Counted from the first letter of the stretch, positions 19,240 through 28,000 are shown. The stretch: 64,000 nt of DNA from Pseudomonadota bacterium (GCA_018816735.1 JAHIVH010000107.1:2044-66043); one strand, 5' to 3'. Notes: a model not told the origin generated them from the letters alone. Translations and numbers: made by a program.

Positions 19240-19815
19240 ATGAATTATTTTTTTAGGTTAGAAATATTGGATCAGATCGTGAGATATTCAAAAAGAACAA
19301 AAATGACACATATGTTTCTGCCGGTATGTATTTATATTCTGGCAGTGGTTTTTATCGTGTTACTTAGGCCTTCATTTTCGACATTAAATGATCCTTCAAC
19401 GTGGTCAATACCGTTAGAAAAGAAAACTGACAATAAACAATTAAAAATAGACACGCAAATTCCGATTGAAAATTCTGGTTATATTAAGGGGAAAATAGTG
19501 AGTCCTGAAAACATAATTTTAATCAGGAAAGATAGGAAATCAGCTCTGGTTCCCCTCGCGACTGAGGGCCCAAAAAGACAGGTGGGCTCTATAAATGATT
19601 TGACTTTTGCTGGGCTATCGGATGAAACCAAAGTGGCTCAAAGAGATATAACCAATCAATCTTTTTTACGCTTTAATCAAAAAGCTGGTCAATTCCATGA
19701 CTCAAGTATGTTTTTGGGTAATTCTGATTTTTGGTCGGTATTGGAAATCAAACATGTTCTATTGGCTTTTGGATTAATCGGGTATTTTTCTATAAGAAGG
19801 AAGGGTGATACATGA
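19240..19815 (+). CDS. Hypothetical membrane/secreted protein with a C-terminal TM + RRK tail
   Basis: N-terminal TM 'FLPVCIYILAVVFIVLL'; the likely true start is the ATG at 19303. The extreme C-terminus is 'HVLLAFGLIGYFSIRRKGDT'. No recognised family. Confidence 0.5.
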   Translation: MNYFFRLEILDQIVRYSKRTKMTHMFLPVCIYILAVVFIVLLRPSFSTLNDPSTWSIPLEKKTDNKQLKIDTQIPIENSGYIKGKIVSPENIILIRKDRKSALVPLATEGPKRQVGSINDLTFAGLSDETKVAQRDITNQSFLRFNQKAGQFHDSSMFLGNSDFWSVLEIKHVLLAFGLIGYFSIRRKGDT

Positions 19816-19994
19816 AAAAGAGCAATTGCCCGGAAGCATATTTATTGCATTGATATATGTGAAGGTTGGTCTGATTTTGATAACAGTTTACGATATTGTT
19901 TGTGAAAAGATCTTTGTTTGGTCAACTTGATTTTTTAAAAGATATAGCGCTATTGAAAAGCGCGTGAATTGAAGGTTTTCTATTACTGCTATGG

Positions 19995-20474
19995 ATGGGA
20001 ATGAGTTTAATGAACAAACAAAACCGAATGTTTTCTGTGGCAATGGATGGTGAGATTAATCAGAACTTTAACAATGAAAAAAGAAAGAGTCAGAGGTTTT
20101 GTGTAAAACGTGGGCAATATTCTGTGCAGGTTTGGGGTAGTGGAGAGGTGATAGGGACAATTGTCGATATAAACACGACCGGTCTTGCCTTTTTATATCC
20201 TTTAGAGGCACTGATGATAGAGGAGAATGAAAAATTAGATATTGTTGATAGTGATCAAAACCTAATAATAGGAGATATCGCATATAAAAATTGTTATGAT
20301 TTTGAAATGAACGAGGAATTTTACCAAAGTTCAACAGGTAACAGACGCCGGGGGGTTCAATTTCAAAAGATATCAACTATAATAAAATCCAAATTGGAAA
20401 ATTTCATCCGTGATTGCGCCAATGCAGGTTGTCACGAGTATGCGGAATCAGGTTCATCATTAAGAAGTAATTGA
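19995..20474 (+). CDS. PilZ-domain (c-di-GMP-binding) protein
   Basis: 'EKRKSQRF' matches RxxxR. 'DINTTGLAF' is a near-canonical D/NxSxxG, with N in place of S. Confidence 0.65.
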   Translation: MGMSLMNKQNRMFSVAMDGEINQNFNNEKRKSQRFCVKRGQYSVQVWGSGEVIGTIVDINTTGLAFLYPLEALMIEENEKLDIVDSDQNLIIGDIAYKNCYDFEMNEEFYQSSTGNRRRGVQFQKISTIIKSKLENFIRDCANAGCHEYAESGSSLRSN

Positions 20475-20761
20475 AGTTGGAATCAGACTCATCCTGTTAG
20501 GTGATGGAAGAATAGATTGATTGACAAGTATTATTTTTTTAATAATTCTCAAGAATTAAAAATGTTATGAGAAGTTTATCTTTGATTTTGGGGTCAACCT
20601 GCAAAAAATAATTTATGAAACAATTTATTATTACTTGCCTGCCAATTAACATTTCATTAAGACCTTATTAGTTCTTTGAACAAGTCTCCTTTATTTTTTT
20701 TTGTCTTTTCCACATAATCGGTTTAAGGATAATTCTTTAAGTTAAGGAAACAGCTTTTAAT

Positions 20762-21940
20762 ATGCGATGGGTAACACTTGAAAAAAGTTTTAGGATCGTT
20801 CTTTTTGTTTTATATTTTGTTTGTTGTCCTGCCGAAAGCCTGTTTGCAAATGAATTGAAATTGGAACCTGCTCTCAGTTTGGCCGGAGGTTATAATGATA
20901 ACCTTTTTTGGGAAAAGAATGGCAAAGTCGGTGATGCGGTCGTAAAGATTCATCCGGACTTAAAGCTGGATTATCGTTCAGAAGTCTCACATATCTCATC
21001 GCTTTTTTCCTTTGATTTTTTTGGTTATGCAGATGAAAAAGAACTAAATGATATAAAAAGCGCGTATCAGTTGGCAGGCGATTTTCAGGGAAGCGAGAAA
21101 TGGAGTTCGGAGATAGAAAGTTCCTTTATTAAAGATACGACACTTGATAGTTATCTGGAAGAAACAGGTCGTGTGATACGAAGAGAAGATCATGATTTGT
21201 ATAAGATAGGTGGAACAGTTGCCTATGCAATGTTTATAAGATCCAGTATCGCGTGTAGTTATAATTATTTAAATTCCAGTTATTCTGACCCTGATTTTTT
21301 TGACTATAATCAGCATTCCGTTTTTTTGTCATACAGGCATCGTATGACAAATGAAATTGACACCCTCAGTATAGACCCCGCTTATTCTTATACAAAAACA
21401 GGTTGGAATAATACTGAAAATTTATCGCTTTCAATGGGTTGGACTCGAAAATTGACCGAAGTGTTTTATGCAAGGATGATGATAGGTTTACGGCATACCG
21501 TAGTATCTTATGATAATAGTTCAGAAGATGATGACTATCAAGGCGCTAAGGCCCTTTTTGATTTGACATGGAACAGGGCAGAGCGAATACGCATAAAAAT
21601 AAATTATTTCCATGACCTGAGAACAACGGTCGATGGTGATGTTATAAACACGGATAATGTCTATCTGAAATATGATCACAGCCTGACATACTATTGGGGA
21701 GTGGGGATATCCGGCCGGCTTATCAATTCCTATCAATTAACCAGTTCTGTGGCAGATAAATCAAGAACAATATATTATCAAATTGAACCACATGTTTATT
21801 ATCACCTGACTGAAACAAGTTCCTTAATTTTTTATTATCGATACCAAAACAGTTATGATGATTCCTTAAAAAACAACAAAGAGGTAGAGTGCAATAGTGT
21901 TTGGCTCGAATTTCAGATTGGTTTTCCAGTGGAGTTGTAA
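20762..21940 (+). CDS. Probable outer-membrane beta-barrel protein of the EPS locus
   Basis: Signal peptide 'FRIVLFVLYFVCCPAESLFA'. Rich in Y/S/D/N with alternating-residue strands throughout. Its position between the PilZ and ExeA-like genes matches the uncharacterised OM protein of PEP-CTERM-type loci. Confidence 0.5.
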   Translation: MRWVTLEKSFRIVLFVLYFVCCPAESLFANELKLEPALSLAGGYNDNLFWEKNGKVGDAVVKIHPDLKLDYRSEVSHISSLFSFDFFGYADEKELNDIKSAYQLAGDFQGSEKWSSEIESSFIKDTTLDSYLEETGRVIRREDHDLYKIGGTVAYAMFIRSSIACSYNYLNSSYSDPDFFDYNQHSVFLSYRHRMTNEIDTLSIDPAYSYTKTGWNNTENLSLSMGWTRKLTEVFYARMMIGLRHTVVSYDNSSEDDDYQGAKALFDLTWNRAERIRIKINYFHDLRTTVDGDVINTDNVYLKYDHSLTYYWGVGISGRLINSYQLTSSVADKSRTIYYQIEPHVYYHLTETSSLIFYYRYQNSYDDSLKNNKEVECNSVWLEFQIGFPVEL

Positions 21941-22013
21941 TTGAAGATATCTCTCAAAAATCAATACCAATGGATAGTATATTAAAAAAACCGGGATATA
22001 TTCTATTCATTTT

Positions 22014-22229
22014 TCAGGCATCAAATAAGAGCGCATTTAGAGATATTACGTTTTTATCCAGGGTTTGTCCTTGAAAAATTATAAAGGCTGCATTACTTTG
22101 ATCCGATAAACTATCATGCTGTGCTAAAGTGATTGGCTTGCCGTTTGATATTAACACCATAAAGTGGTTTGCATAGCTTGCAACTTCCCTATATGCTTCC
22201 TTGATAGCTTTGATAACAGGTAACTCCAT
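22014..22229 (-). CDS. Possible small hypothetical protein (71 aa)
   Basis: 'MELPVIKAIKEAYREVASYANHFMVLISNGKPITLAQHD...' has a balanced composition and fills the OMP/ExeA gap. Its ATG abuts the ExeA-like ATG within a CATATG palindrome, which leaves no promoter space, so it may be spurious. Confidence 0.25.
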   Translation of the reverse strand: MELPVIKAIKEAYREVASYANHFMVLISNGKPITLAQHDSLSDQSNAAFIIFQGQTLDKNVISLNALLFDA

Positions 22230-23321
22230 ATGTATAAAGCGTTTTATCATTTTAATAAAAATCCTTTTCAATTGGCGCCGGATTCTCATTTTTTGTATGC
22301 CAGTGTGAAGCATACCAAGGCATTAACCTATATAGAATATGGGTTGAACGAAAATTTAGGATTCATGGTTCTTTCCGGGGAGGTCGGTTCCGGGAAGACG
22401 ATTACGATTCATTTCCTTGCGAAACAGCTCAGTGAAAAATTCAAGGCAGCGCTTATTTTAAATACAAATGTAGATGTCGATCAGTTGTTATACATGATTC
22501 TCAGGGAATATGGTCTTGAAACCGTAAACAAGGATAAAGCAAACCTTATCGAAACGTTGAACGTGTTCCTGGTTAAAAATTATTCGGAAGGCAAACGCGT
22601 GGTGCTGATTATTGATGAGGCACAGAATTTATCTCTTAAGGCCCTTGAAGAAGTAAGGATGCTGTCGAATCTTCAAAGCGGAAGTCATCAGTTGCTGCAA
22701 ATTATGCTTGTGGGGCAGCCCGAGCTTCTTAGCATGCTGAAAAAGCCTGAATTACGTCAGTTGAACCAGAGAGTCGCCGTTCATTACCATTTGACGGCCC
22801 TTGATAAGGAAGAAACAGAACTTTATATTAAGCATCGTTTAAAGATTGCCGGTGCAAGCATCAATTTGTTCACACCCGCTGCCGCAGATAAAATTTATGA
22901 ATTTTCCGGGGGTATCCCCCGATTGATCAATTTGATCTGCCAGGCGGCACTTGTGTATGGGTTTGCGGATGAGGCCAAAAGAATCAGTCAGGACATTATC
23001 CAGCAGATCAAGGATGATAATCTTACCATTGGTATAGATAGCGAACCCGAGGCCTTAAGCGGCCAATCGAAAAATGTGCAAAAGCTTTCTGGTGACAGCA
23101 GTCTTGAGGCAAGGGTGCACTCTCTTGAAAAAGAGATAGTCAATTTGAAAAAGGATCTATCCGACCATACAAAGAACCTGGAACCGGAAGCTGATGAAAC
23201 AGAGTCCCCGCAGGCCGGTCAGTTGAAGCAGGAATTAGCCCAGGAGCGAAATCGCAATGCCAGGTTGATCCAGGAGTATAAGCTTTTAAAACAAAAATAT
23301 GATAAGCTTCTGAGAAATTAA
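22230..23321 (+). CDS. ExeA/GspA-like AAA ATPase (EPS-locus type)
   Basis: 'MYKAFYHFNKNPFQLAPDSHFLY' is the typical ExeA N-terminus. Walker A 'GEVGSGKT' and Walker B 'LIIDEAQNL'. The C-terminal tail is charged and coiled-coil-like. Confidence 0.85.
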   Translation: MYKAFYHFNKNPFQLAPDSHFLYASVKHTKALTYIEYGLNENLGFMVLSGEVGSGKTITIHFLAKQLSEKFKAALILNTNVDVDQLLYMILREYGLETVNKDKANLIETLNVFLVKNYSEGKRVVLIIDEAQNLSLKALEEVRMLSNLQSGSHQLLQIMLVGQPELLSMLKKPELRQLNQRVAVHYHLTALDKEETELYIKHRLKIAGASINLFTPAAADKIYEFSGGIPRLINLICQAALVYGFADEAKRISQDIIQQIKDDNLTIGIDSEPEALSGQSKNVQKLSGDSSLEARVHSLEKEIVNLKKDLSDHTKNLEPEADETESPQAGQLKQELAQERNRNARLIQEYKLLKQKYDKLLRN

Positions 23322-23328
23322 TTATTCA

Positions 23329-23979
23329 TCAGGCTTCCAAAGACGTTAACCCTTCACGAATGGCGAATTTTGTTAATTCGGCAATACTTTCTACATTCAG
23401 CTTGGTCATTATTTGTCTGCGGTGAGTGTCCACAGTTTTAATGCTGATGTGAAGCTGTGAGGCAATGCCCTTGGTTTTGTTGCCTTCAGACAGCAGTTGC
23501 AGGATTTCGCGTTCTCTTGCTGTGAGATTATTGTTGGATTCCCCTCTTATTTTCTGGCCATTCATATATGCCTTCACCACGATATCCGAAATATAAGGGC
23601 TCAGAAAAACACGACCTGCCAGGGCCCAACGCACGGCACCCGCCAGTTCCTCAAAAGCGCTACGTTTAAGAACATAACCGGAAACGTTGGCAGCAAGCAT
23701 GGCTTCCACAAAGCGTCTGTCTGTATGCATGGACAGCGCGATCATTTTAACCTCAGGGAATTCAGAGGAGATCTGCATGGCAAGATCAATGCCATTCAAT
23801 TGCGGCATGCTGATATCCAGTACCATGACATTGGGTTTCAGTTTTCTTACCAGTTGCAATGCTGTCTGGCCATTATCCGCTTCGGCGATCACTTCCATAT
23901 CCGATTGTTGTTGAAACAGAAGCCGGAGTCCGTCACGAATGATTTTGTGGTCATCTACTACAAGTATTCTTGTCTTCAT
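23329..23979 (-). CDS. NarL/LuxR-family response regulator (REC + HTH_LuxR)
   Basis: 'MKTRILVVDDHKIIRDGL', 'VMVLDISMPQLNG' and 'LTAREREILQLLSEGNKTKGIASQLHISIKTVDTHRRQIMTKL'. I prefer the start at 23979 (ORF track: 23994). It overlaps the end of the kinase gene. Confidence 0.9.
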   Translation of the reverse strand: MKTRILVVDDHKIIRDGLRLLFQQQSDMEVIAEADNGQTALQLVRKLKPNVMVLDISMPQLNGIDLAMQISSEFPEVKMIALSMHTDRRFVEAMLAANVSGYVLKRSAFEELAGAVRWALAGRVFLSPYISDIVVKAYMNGQKIRGESNNNLTAREREILQLLSEGNKTKGIASQLHISIKTVDTHRRQIMTKLNVESIAELTKFAIREGLTSLEA

Positions 23980-24859
23980 AGTTCCATTCCTCATTAACCG
24001 CTACGTCATTTTCACCTAACAGGGGCATTATCAGGGAAATATGTGTCCCTTTTCCCGGTTGAGATTGTATGTTCAAATATCCCTCATATTGTTTGACACG
24101 TTTGATCATATAATAAAGACCAAAATGACCGTTCCTTGCATATGATGAAATATCATTTGCATTAAAACCAATCCCATCATCAATGATATCAAATCGCAGC
24201 CTGCATCCTGTCTTTCGAATAGACAGTTTTATTATATTGGCACGGGCATGCTTGACGGAATTCAAAATGAATTCACGAATTGAACGATAGCAAAATGTTT
24301 GAAGATAGCCTTCAGGCAGGTTCAGTCGTCCATCGGGCGAAAAGATGATTTTAACACCGTACTGTTTGGATTTTTTATCTACTAACCACTTTAGGGCAGC
24401 TTCCAGGCCTTCTTCTTCCAGAATGGGGGGCTCAATTTTGAAGATAAGGGTTCGAATGTCGTCAATGGTTTGATCAACCTGTCCCCTGATATCATCAATA
24501 AGCGCCTTTAAATCGGTTTTGGATGTGAATTTTCGTAAAGCCCCCAGTTTTATCTGCGCGCCAGCCAGAGACTGAATCGCACTGTCATGAAGGTCAGAGG
24601 CAATTGAACGTCTTTGAAGGTCTTCCATGATTGCAAATTGGTGCGACAGGGCGCAAACCCGTTTTTCATAAATTTTGATCTGTTCTTCCGCCTGTCTTCT
24701 TCTATGAATTTCCCTTCGGAGACATTGTTTTATTTTGTATGATTCAGCTTTATTCCTGTTGGGAAGTTTGGCCAGCTCTTGATGATGCAGGCAGAGTATC
24801 TTCCTGGAAACATTCAACCTGTTGTTAGACAACATTTCGCTTATATGTTTATTCGCCAT
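23951..24859 (-). CDS. Soluble HisKA_3-type sensor histidine kinase
   Basis: H-box 'IASDLHDSAIQSL' and HATPase_c 'IIDDGIGF...GHFGLYYM...GKGTHISLIMP'. The N-terminus is coiled-coil-like. I see no TM segment and no recognisable sensor domain. Confidence 0.85.
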   Translation of the reverse strand: MANKHISEMLSNNRLNVSRKILCLHHQELAKLPNRNKAESYKIKQCLRREIHRRRQAEEQIKIYEKRVCALSHQFAIMEDLQRRSIASDLHDSAIQSLAGAQIKLGALRKFTSKTDLKALIDDIRGQVDQTIDDIRTLIFKIEPPILEEEGLEAALKWLVDKKSKQYGVKIIFSPDGRLNLPEGYLQTFCYRSIREFILNSVKHARANIIKLSIRKTGCRLRFDIIDDGIGFNANDISSYARNGHFGLYYMIKRVKQYEGYLNIQSQPGKGTHISLIMPLLGENDVAVNEEWNYEDKNTCSR

Positions 24860-24920
24860 GTGAAAATTTAATCCGTATGTTGTTTGCTAAATTATTACCC
24901 TGAGTTTAAGTCTTACTTTT

Positions 24921-24936
24921 AGCAAGATTTGTGCCG
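24921..24936 (-). promoter_or_regulatory. Candidate sigma-54 (-24/-12) promoter upstream of the kinase/regulator operon
   Basis: The minus strand reads CGGCAC-AAATC-TTGCT, with GG-N10-GC spacing matching the consensus TGGCAC-N5-TTGCW. Its 3' end lies about 62 nt upstream of the kinase ATG (24859). Confidence 0.5.
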
Positions 24937-25096
24937 ATGGTTGATTTTGAATTATTTCATAAAAAATCAATAATTTAAAAAAATATGTGATGAAAGGCTT
25001 AGATGGTATTAGGAAATGAAAGTAATAAAAAGCAGAAAACAAATTCATAGATTTATGGGAAAAATATAGCGATTGGCTGATGCAATTTTCAGTTTT

Positions 25097-26968
25097 TTAA
25101 ACGTCAATTTTACTATTTTTCGAGGATTTCCCCTCAATTTTATCATGTTCTTTTTTGTAATATGTATAATACATCGTCACAGTATCTGGCGGTTTAATGA
25201 GCCTTTGAAAAAGATATCGAAAAACAAATACCACCACCACCAATGAATTGGGGGCCCCTCTGGTCTGCCACCTCCTGGCTGAAGAAATTGTATCCCCAAA
25301 TAAAAATATCTGTCGACCGATTGTGTTCAGCCGTATACTCAGTTCCACATCCTCCATCAGGGGAATATTTGGAAAGAGATGATGTGACAGGACAGGTTCC
25401 CGCCGGAAAAACTGAATCTGATCACCAAAACTGATCTTAAGGAACACGGAACGGAAGGCATTCATCAGCTCTATCCACGTCATAAAAGGTCCTTTTTTAT
25501 CAAATTTCCCGCCAACAGAGCCACCCGCGATATCCGGATGTGCAGATAGTGTTGTAAGTATCCGGGTAAATACAGGGGATATAACTAAAGTGTCTGCGTG
25601 AACAATAGCCACAACATCCCCTGTTGCAGCCTTCACACCTGAGAAAATCTGCCCCCCCCGTCCTCCGCCGTTTTCCGGCAAATGATCGTTTAAGATAACA
25701 GTTGCCCCCTCCTTTGCTGCAATGTCCCGGGTATTATCCGATGACCCGGCATCCACAACAATAATTTCGTTTACCGCAGGATCTTGTCGAATGCTTTTGA
25801 TAGCCATTTCGATCCGTTTAGACTCATTTTTTGAAGGGATGACTACGGACAGTGTTTCAGGTGGCAAAAATGTTTCGTAGAAAATGATCCGTTTTGAAAA
25901 AAAATAGGCCTCAAACGAAAAAAGAATATAAAAGAGAAGCCATCCGGCTGTCTGGAAATACCAGGGCAAGGCCCATGCTTCTGTGGGGTGTGAGATGCCA
26001 ATGGCTGGAAAGCAAATGCATAGGAACAGGGACAGGAAAATCCATGAGCCATTCATCCTTAGTATGGCAAAGGGGAGTATCCATGATAAATACCAGAAAT
26101 GGAGGGTTGGCGAAAAAAGAATAAACGCCCCAAATGCGATAAAAATTCCCTGAACCGGATCATGGCCTAAAGGCTTTTTTTTGTCCAAATACCAGACATA
26201 AAGCGTAGCCAGAAAAAACAGACAAAAAAGTATGCCCGAAATCCTCGTGGCCGTTCGGATATCATTTACACCCAAAAGAATGAGATTGTGGATCGATCCG
26301 TTCAAGGCATCATCACTCCCGAACCCGAACAAATCCTTAAAAAAAACAGGCTGCCAGCCAAGGTGCAAAAACGGCAGGAAAGGAAGCATCACCACAATAA
26401 TCGAAATAGGCAACCATTTGCAGTTATCGCGGTTTACAAGAAACGGTAACGCGAGAAAAGAGACATCTTTGATCTGTACGGATATGCCGATTAAAATAAA
26501 CATCCGTACAAAATATTTTTTATCATGGCAGTAAACCGATGCCAGAAGAAAAAAAATCATCATGACATCAAAATGACCCTGACCTGAAAAACTATAGAGG
26601 ATGAGTGGATTAAAGGCATACAGACAGGCCCATCTGATATCGAGTTTCCTTTTTTCAAGGAGTTCAATCAGAATAAGCAGGGTGCCTATATCGAAAATAG
26701 CCATGAGTATTTTGATTTCACGGATGGGTTTGTCTTCAAACAGGAAGGGAATGATACCTTCTGACGGTAAAAAAGACAGGATGGCGCTACGGCACATGAT
26801 CGCCAACACAAAAATGACAAGGCTTGCGTTTTTAAATGATATATTCCCCGGGAAAAGAAAAAATATCATCAAGCAGGTTATCCATGTCGCTGCATATATC
26901 AAAACGAATGGGCCGGAATAAAATATGATATCCATGGAATCGCTCAGTTTATATCGTTCAATCGCCAA
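25097..26968 (-). CDS. Fusion of a polytopic membrane domain (aa 1-~370) with a C-terminal GT2 glycosyltransferase domain
   Basis: About 370 aa of consecutive hydrophobic segments, then 'LSVVIPSKNESKRIEMAIKSI...IIVVDAGSSDNTRDIAAKEGATVI...GRGGQIFSGVKAATGDVVAIVHADTLV'. The TTG start at 26968 overlaps DUF547 by 25 nt; an alternative ATG lies at 26935. Confidence 0.75.
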   Translation of the reverse strand: MAIERYKLSDSMDIIFYSGPFVLIYAATWITCLMIFFLFPGNISFKNASLVIFVLAIMCRSAILSFLPSEGIIPFLFEDKPIREIKILMAIFDIGTLLILIELLEKRKLDIRWACLYAFNPLILYSFSGQGHFDVMMIFFLLASVYCHDKKYFVRMFILIGISVQIKDVSFLALPFLVNRDNCKWLPISIIVVMLPFLPFLHLGWQPVFFKDLFGFGSDDALNGSIHNLILLGVNDIRTATRISGILFCLFFLATLYVWYLDKKKPLGHDPVQGIFIAFGAFILFSPTLHFWYLSWILPFAILRMNGSWIFLSLFLCICFPAIGISHPTEAWALPWYFQTAGWLLFYILFSFEAYFFSKRIIFYETFLPPETLSVVIPSKNESKRIEMAIKSIRQDPAVNEIIVVDAGSSDNTRDIAAKEGATVILNDHLPENGGGRGGQIFSGVKAATGDVVAIVHADTLVISPVFTRILTTLSAHPDIAGGSVGGKFDKKGPFMTWIELMNAFRSVFLKISFGDQIQFFRREPVLSHHLFPNIPLMEDVELSIRLNTIGRQIFLFGDTISSARRWQTRGAPNSLVVVVFVFRYLFQRLIKPPDTVTMYYTYYKKEHDKIEGKSSKNSKIDV

Positions 26969-27753
26969 TCGTAATCAAGATATTCGATTTTAACAGCCTG
27001 CCTTTTTATCATATCCTGCTCGCTGACGACAGTCGTAAAAAGAGTGGCATAATGGGCGAAAAATCGTTCAAGGGAGGTGAATGTCATTTCAAAATCACTG
27101 CCATACCATTTAAATATTTTTGATACTTCAAGTGTCTTTTTTTCAGGATTAAAACGGTTTCTCGATTTGTCTCCTAAAAATCGTTCAACATTGGTTTCGA
27201 GCTGTTTATCAAGCTTATCCGGTGTAAACGCTTCGTCCAGGAGTGCCGGGCATCCGATGGATGCACAGACCACGGCCATATGAATTCTGGGCTCATCAAA
27301 TGCGCCTTTTTTCCGGATCATATTGTGTTCAATGTCATCCAGAGAAACAATTTCTCCAAACAGGCTGATAAATTCGATGTTCCATGGGCCTTTGAAAAAT
27401 GTCTTAATATCCCTGATAGAGTTCACCGGATAGTGATCAAGAATCAGTTTGACGGTAAAGGCATTATAGGCATTGATCAGAAAGGATAGCTTTTCGTCTG
27501 AAGACCAGCCGTTAAATTCCGCATGCGTTATCCGGGACAGGCCTGACAGGTATGTATCCAGTGGGGCTATATCCTTTTTAAACGCCTGATAATCGACCTG
27601 GGATATACGATTTTCATTTTTCATGACAACATGTTTTTTAAGAAGCTCAGTCCAGATGGCGTGCTGCTGATCGAACGGCTGTGACAATACCGGTTGAACC
27701 ATAAGTAAAATGAGTGTGACGAAAACTGTGGATTTTTTTATCTGGCTTACCAT
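26944..27753 (-). CDS. DUF547-domain protein with a signal peptide
   Basis: 'STVFVTLILLMVQPVLSQP', 'FLINAYNAFTVKLILDHYPVNSIRDI' and 'EPRIHMAVVCASIGCPAL'. Confidence 0.8.
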   Translation of the reverse strand: MVSQIKKSTVFVTLILLMVQPVLSQPFDQQHAIWTELLKKHVVMKNENRISQVDYQAFKKDIAPLDTYLSGLSRITHAEFNGWSSDEKLSFLINAYNAFTVKLILDHYPVNSIRDIKTFFKGPWNIEFISLFGEIVSLDDIEHNMIRKKGAFDEPRIHMAVVCASIGCPALLDEAFTPDKLDKQLETNVERFLGDKSRNRFNPEKKTLEVSKIFKWYGSDFEMTFTSLERFFAHYATLFTTVVSEQDMIKRQAVKIEYLDYDWRLNDIN

Positions 27754-28000
27754 TTTTCCCTCACTTCATGTCTGTTTGTGATGTGTAACTTTGGGTTATC
27801 GTTTGACACATGACCTGTATTTGGATATATTTGGGTTTAAAAAAAAGGGCTTATAAAAATATACACCTGAATAAGCCTGTCTTGAGTCCTGGAAACTGCA
27901 AATGTTATACCTTTCATTCAAGCAAGATTCAGATAAAAGCATGTTTTTTTTCAATTAACAAGATAACTATAGCCAGTCTTATTTTAAATGGAGCACATTT

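Noticed and set aside
23497-23997. 166-aa + strand ORF (also 23687-23914)
   Set aside because: It is entirely antisense to the well-supported response-regulator gene. The composition is rich in H/C/Q and low in complexity, with no motifs. This is a typical shadow ORF.
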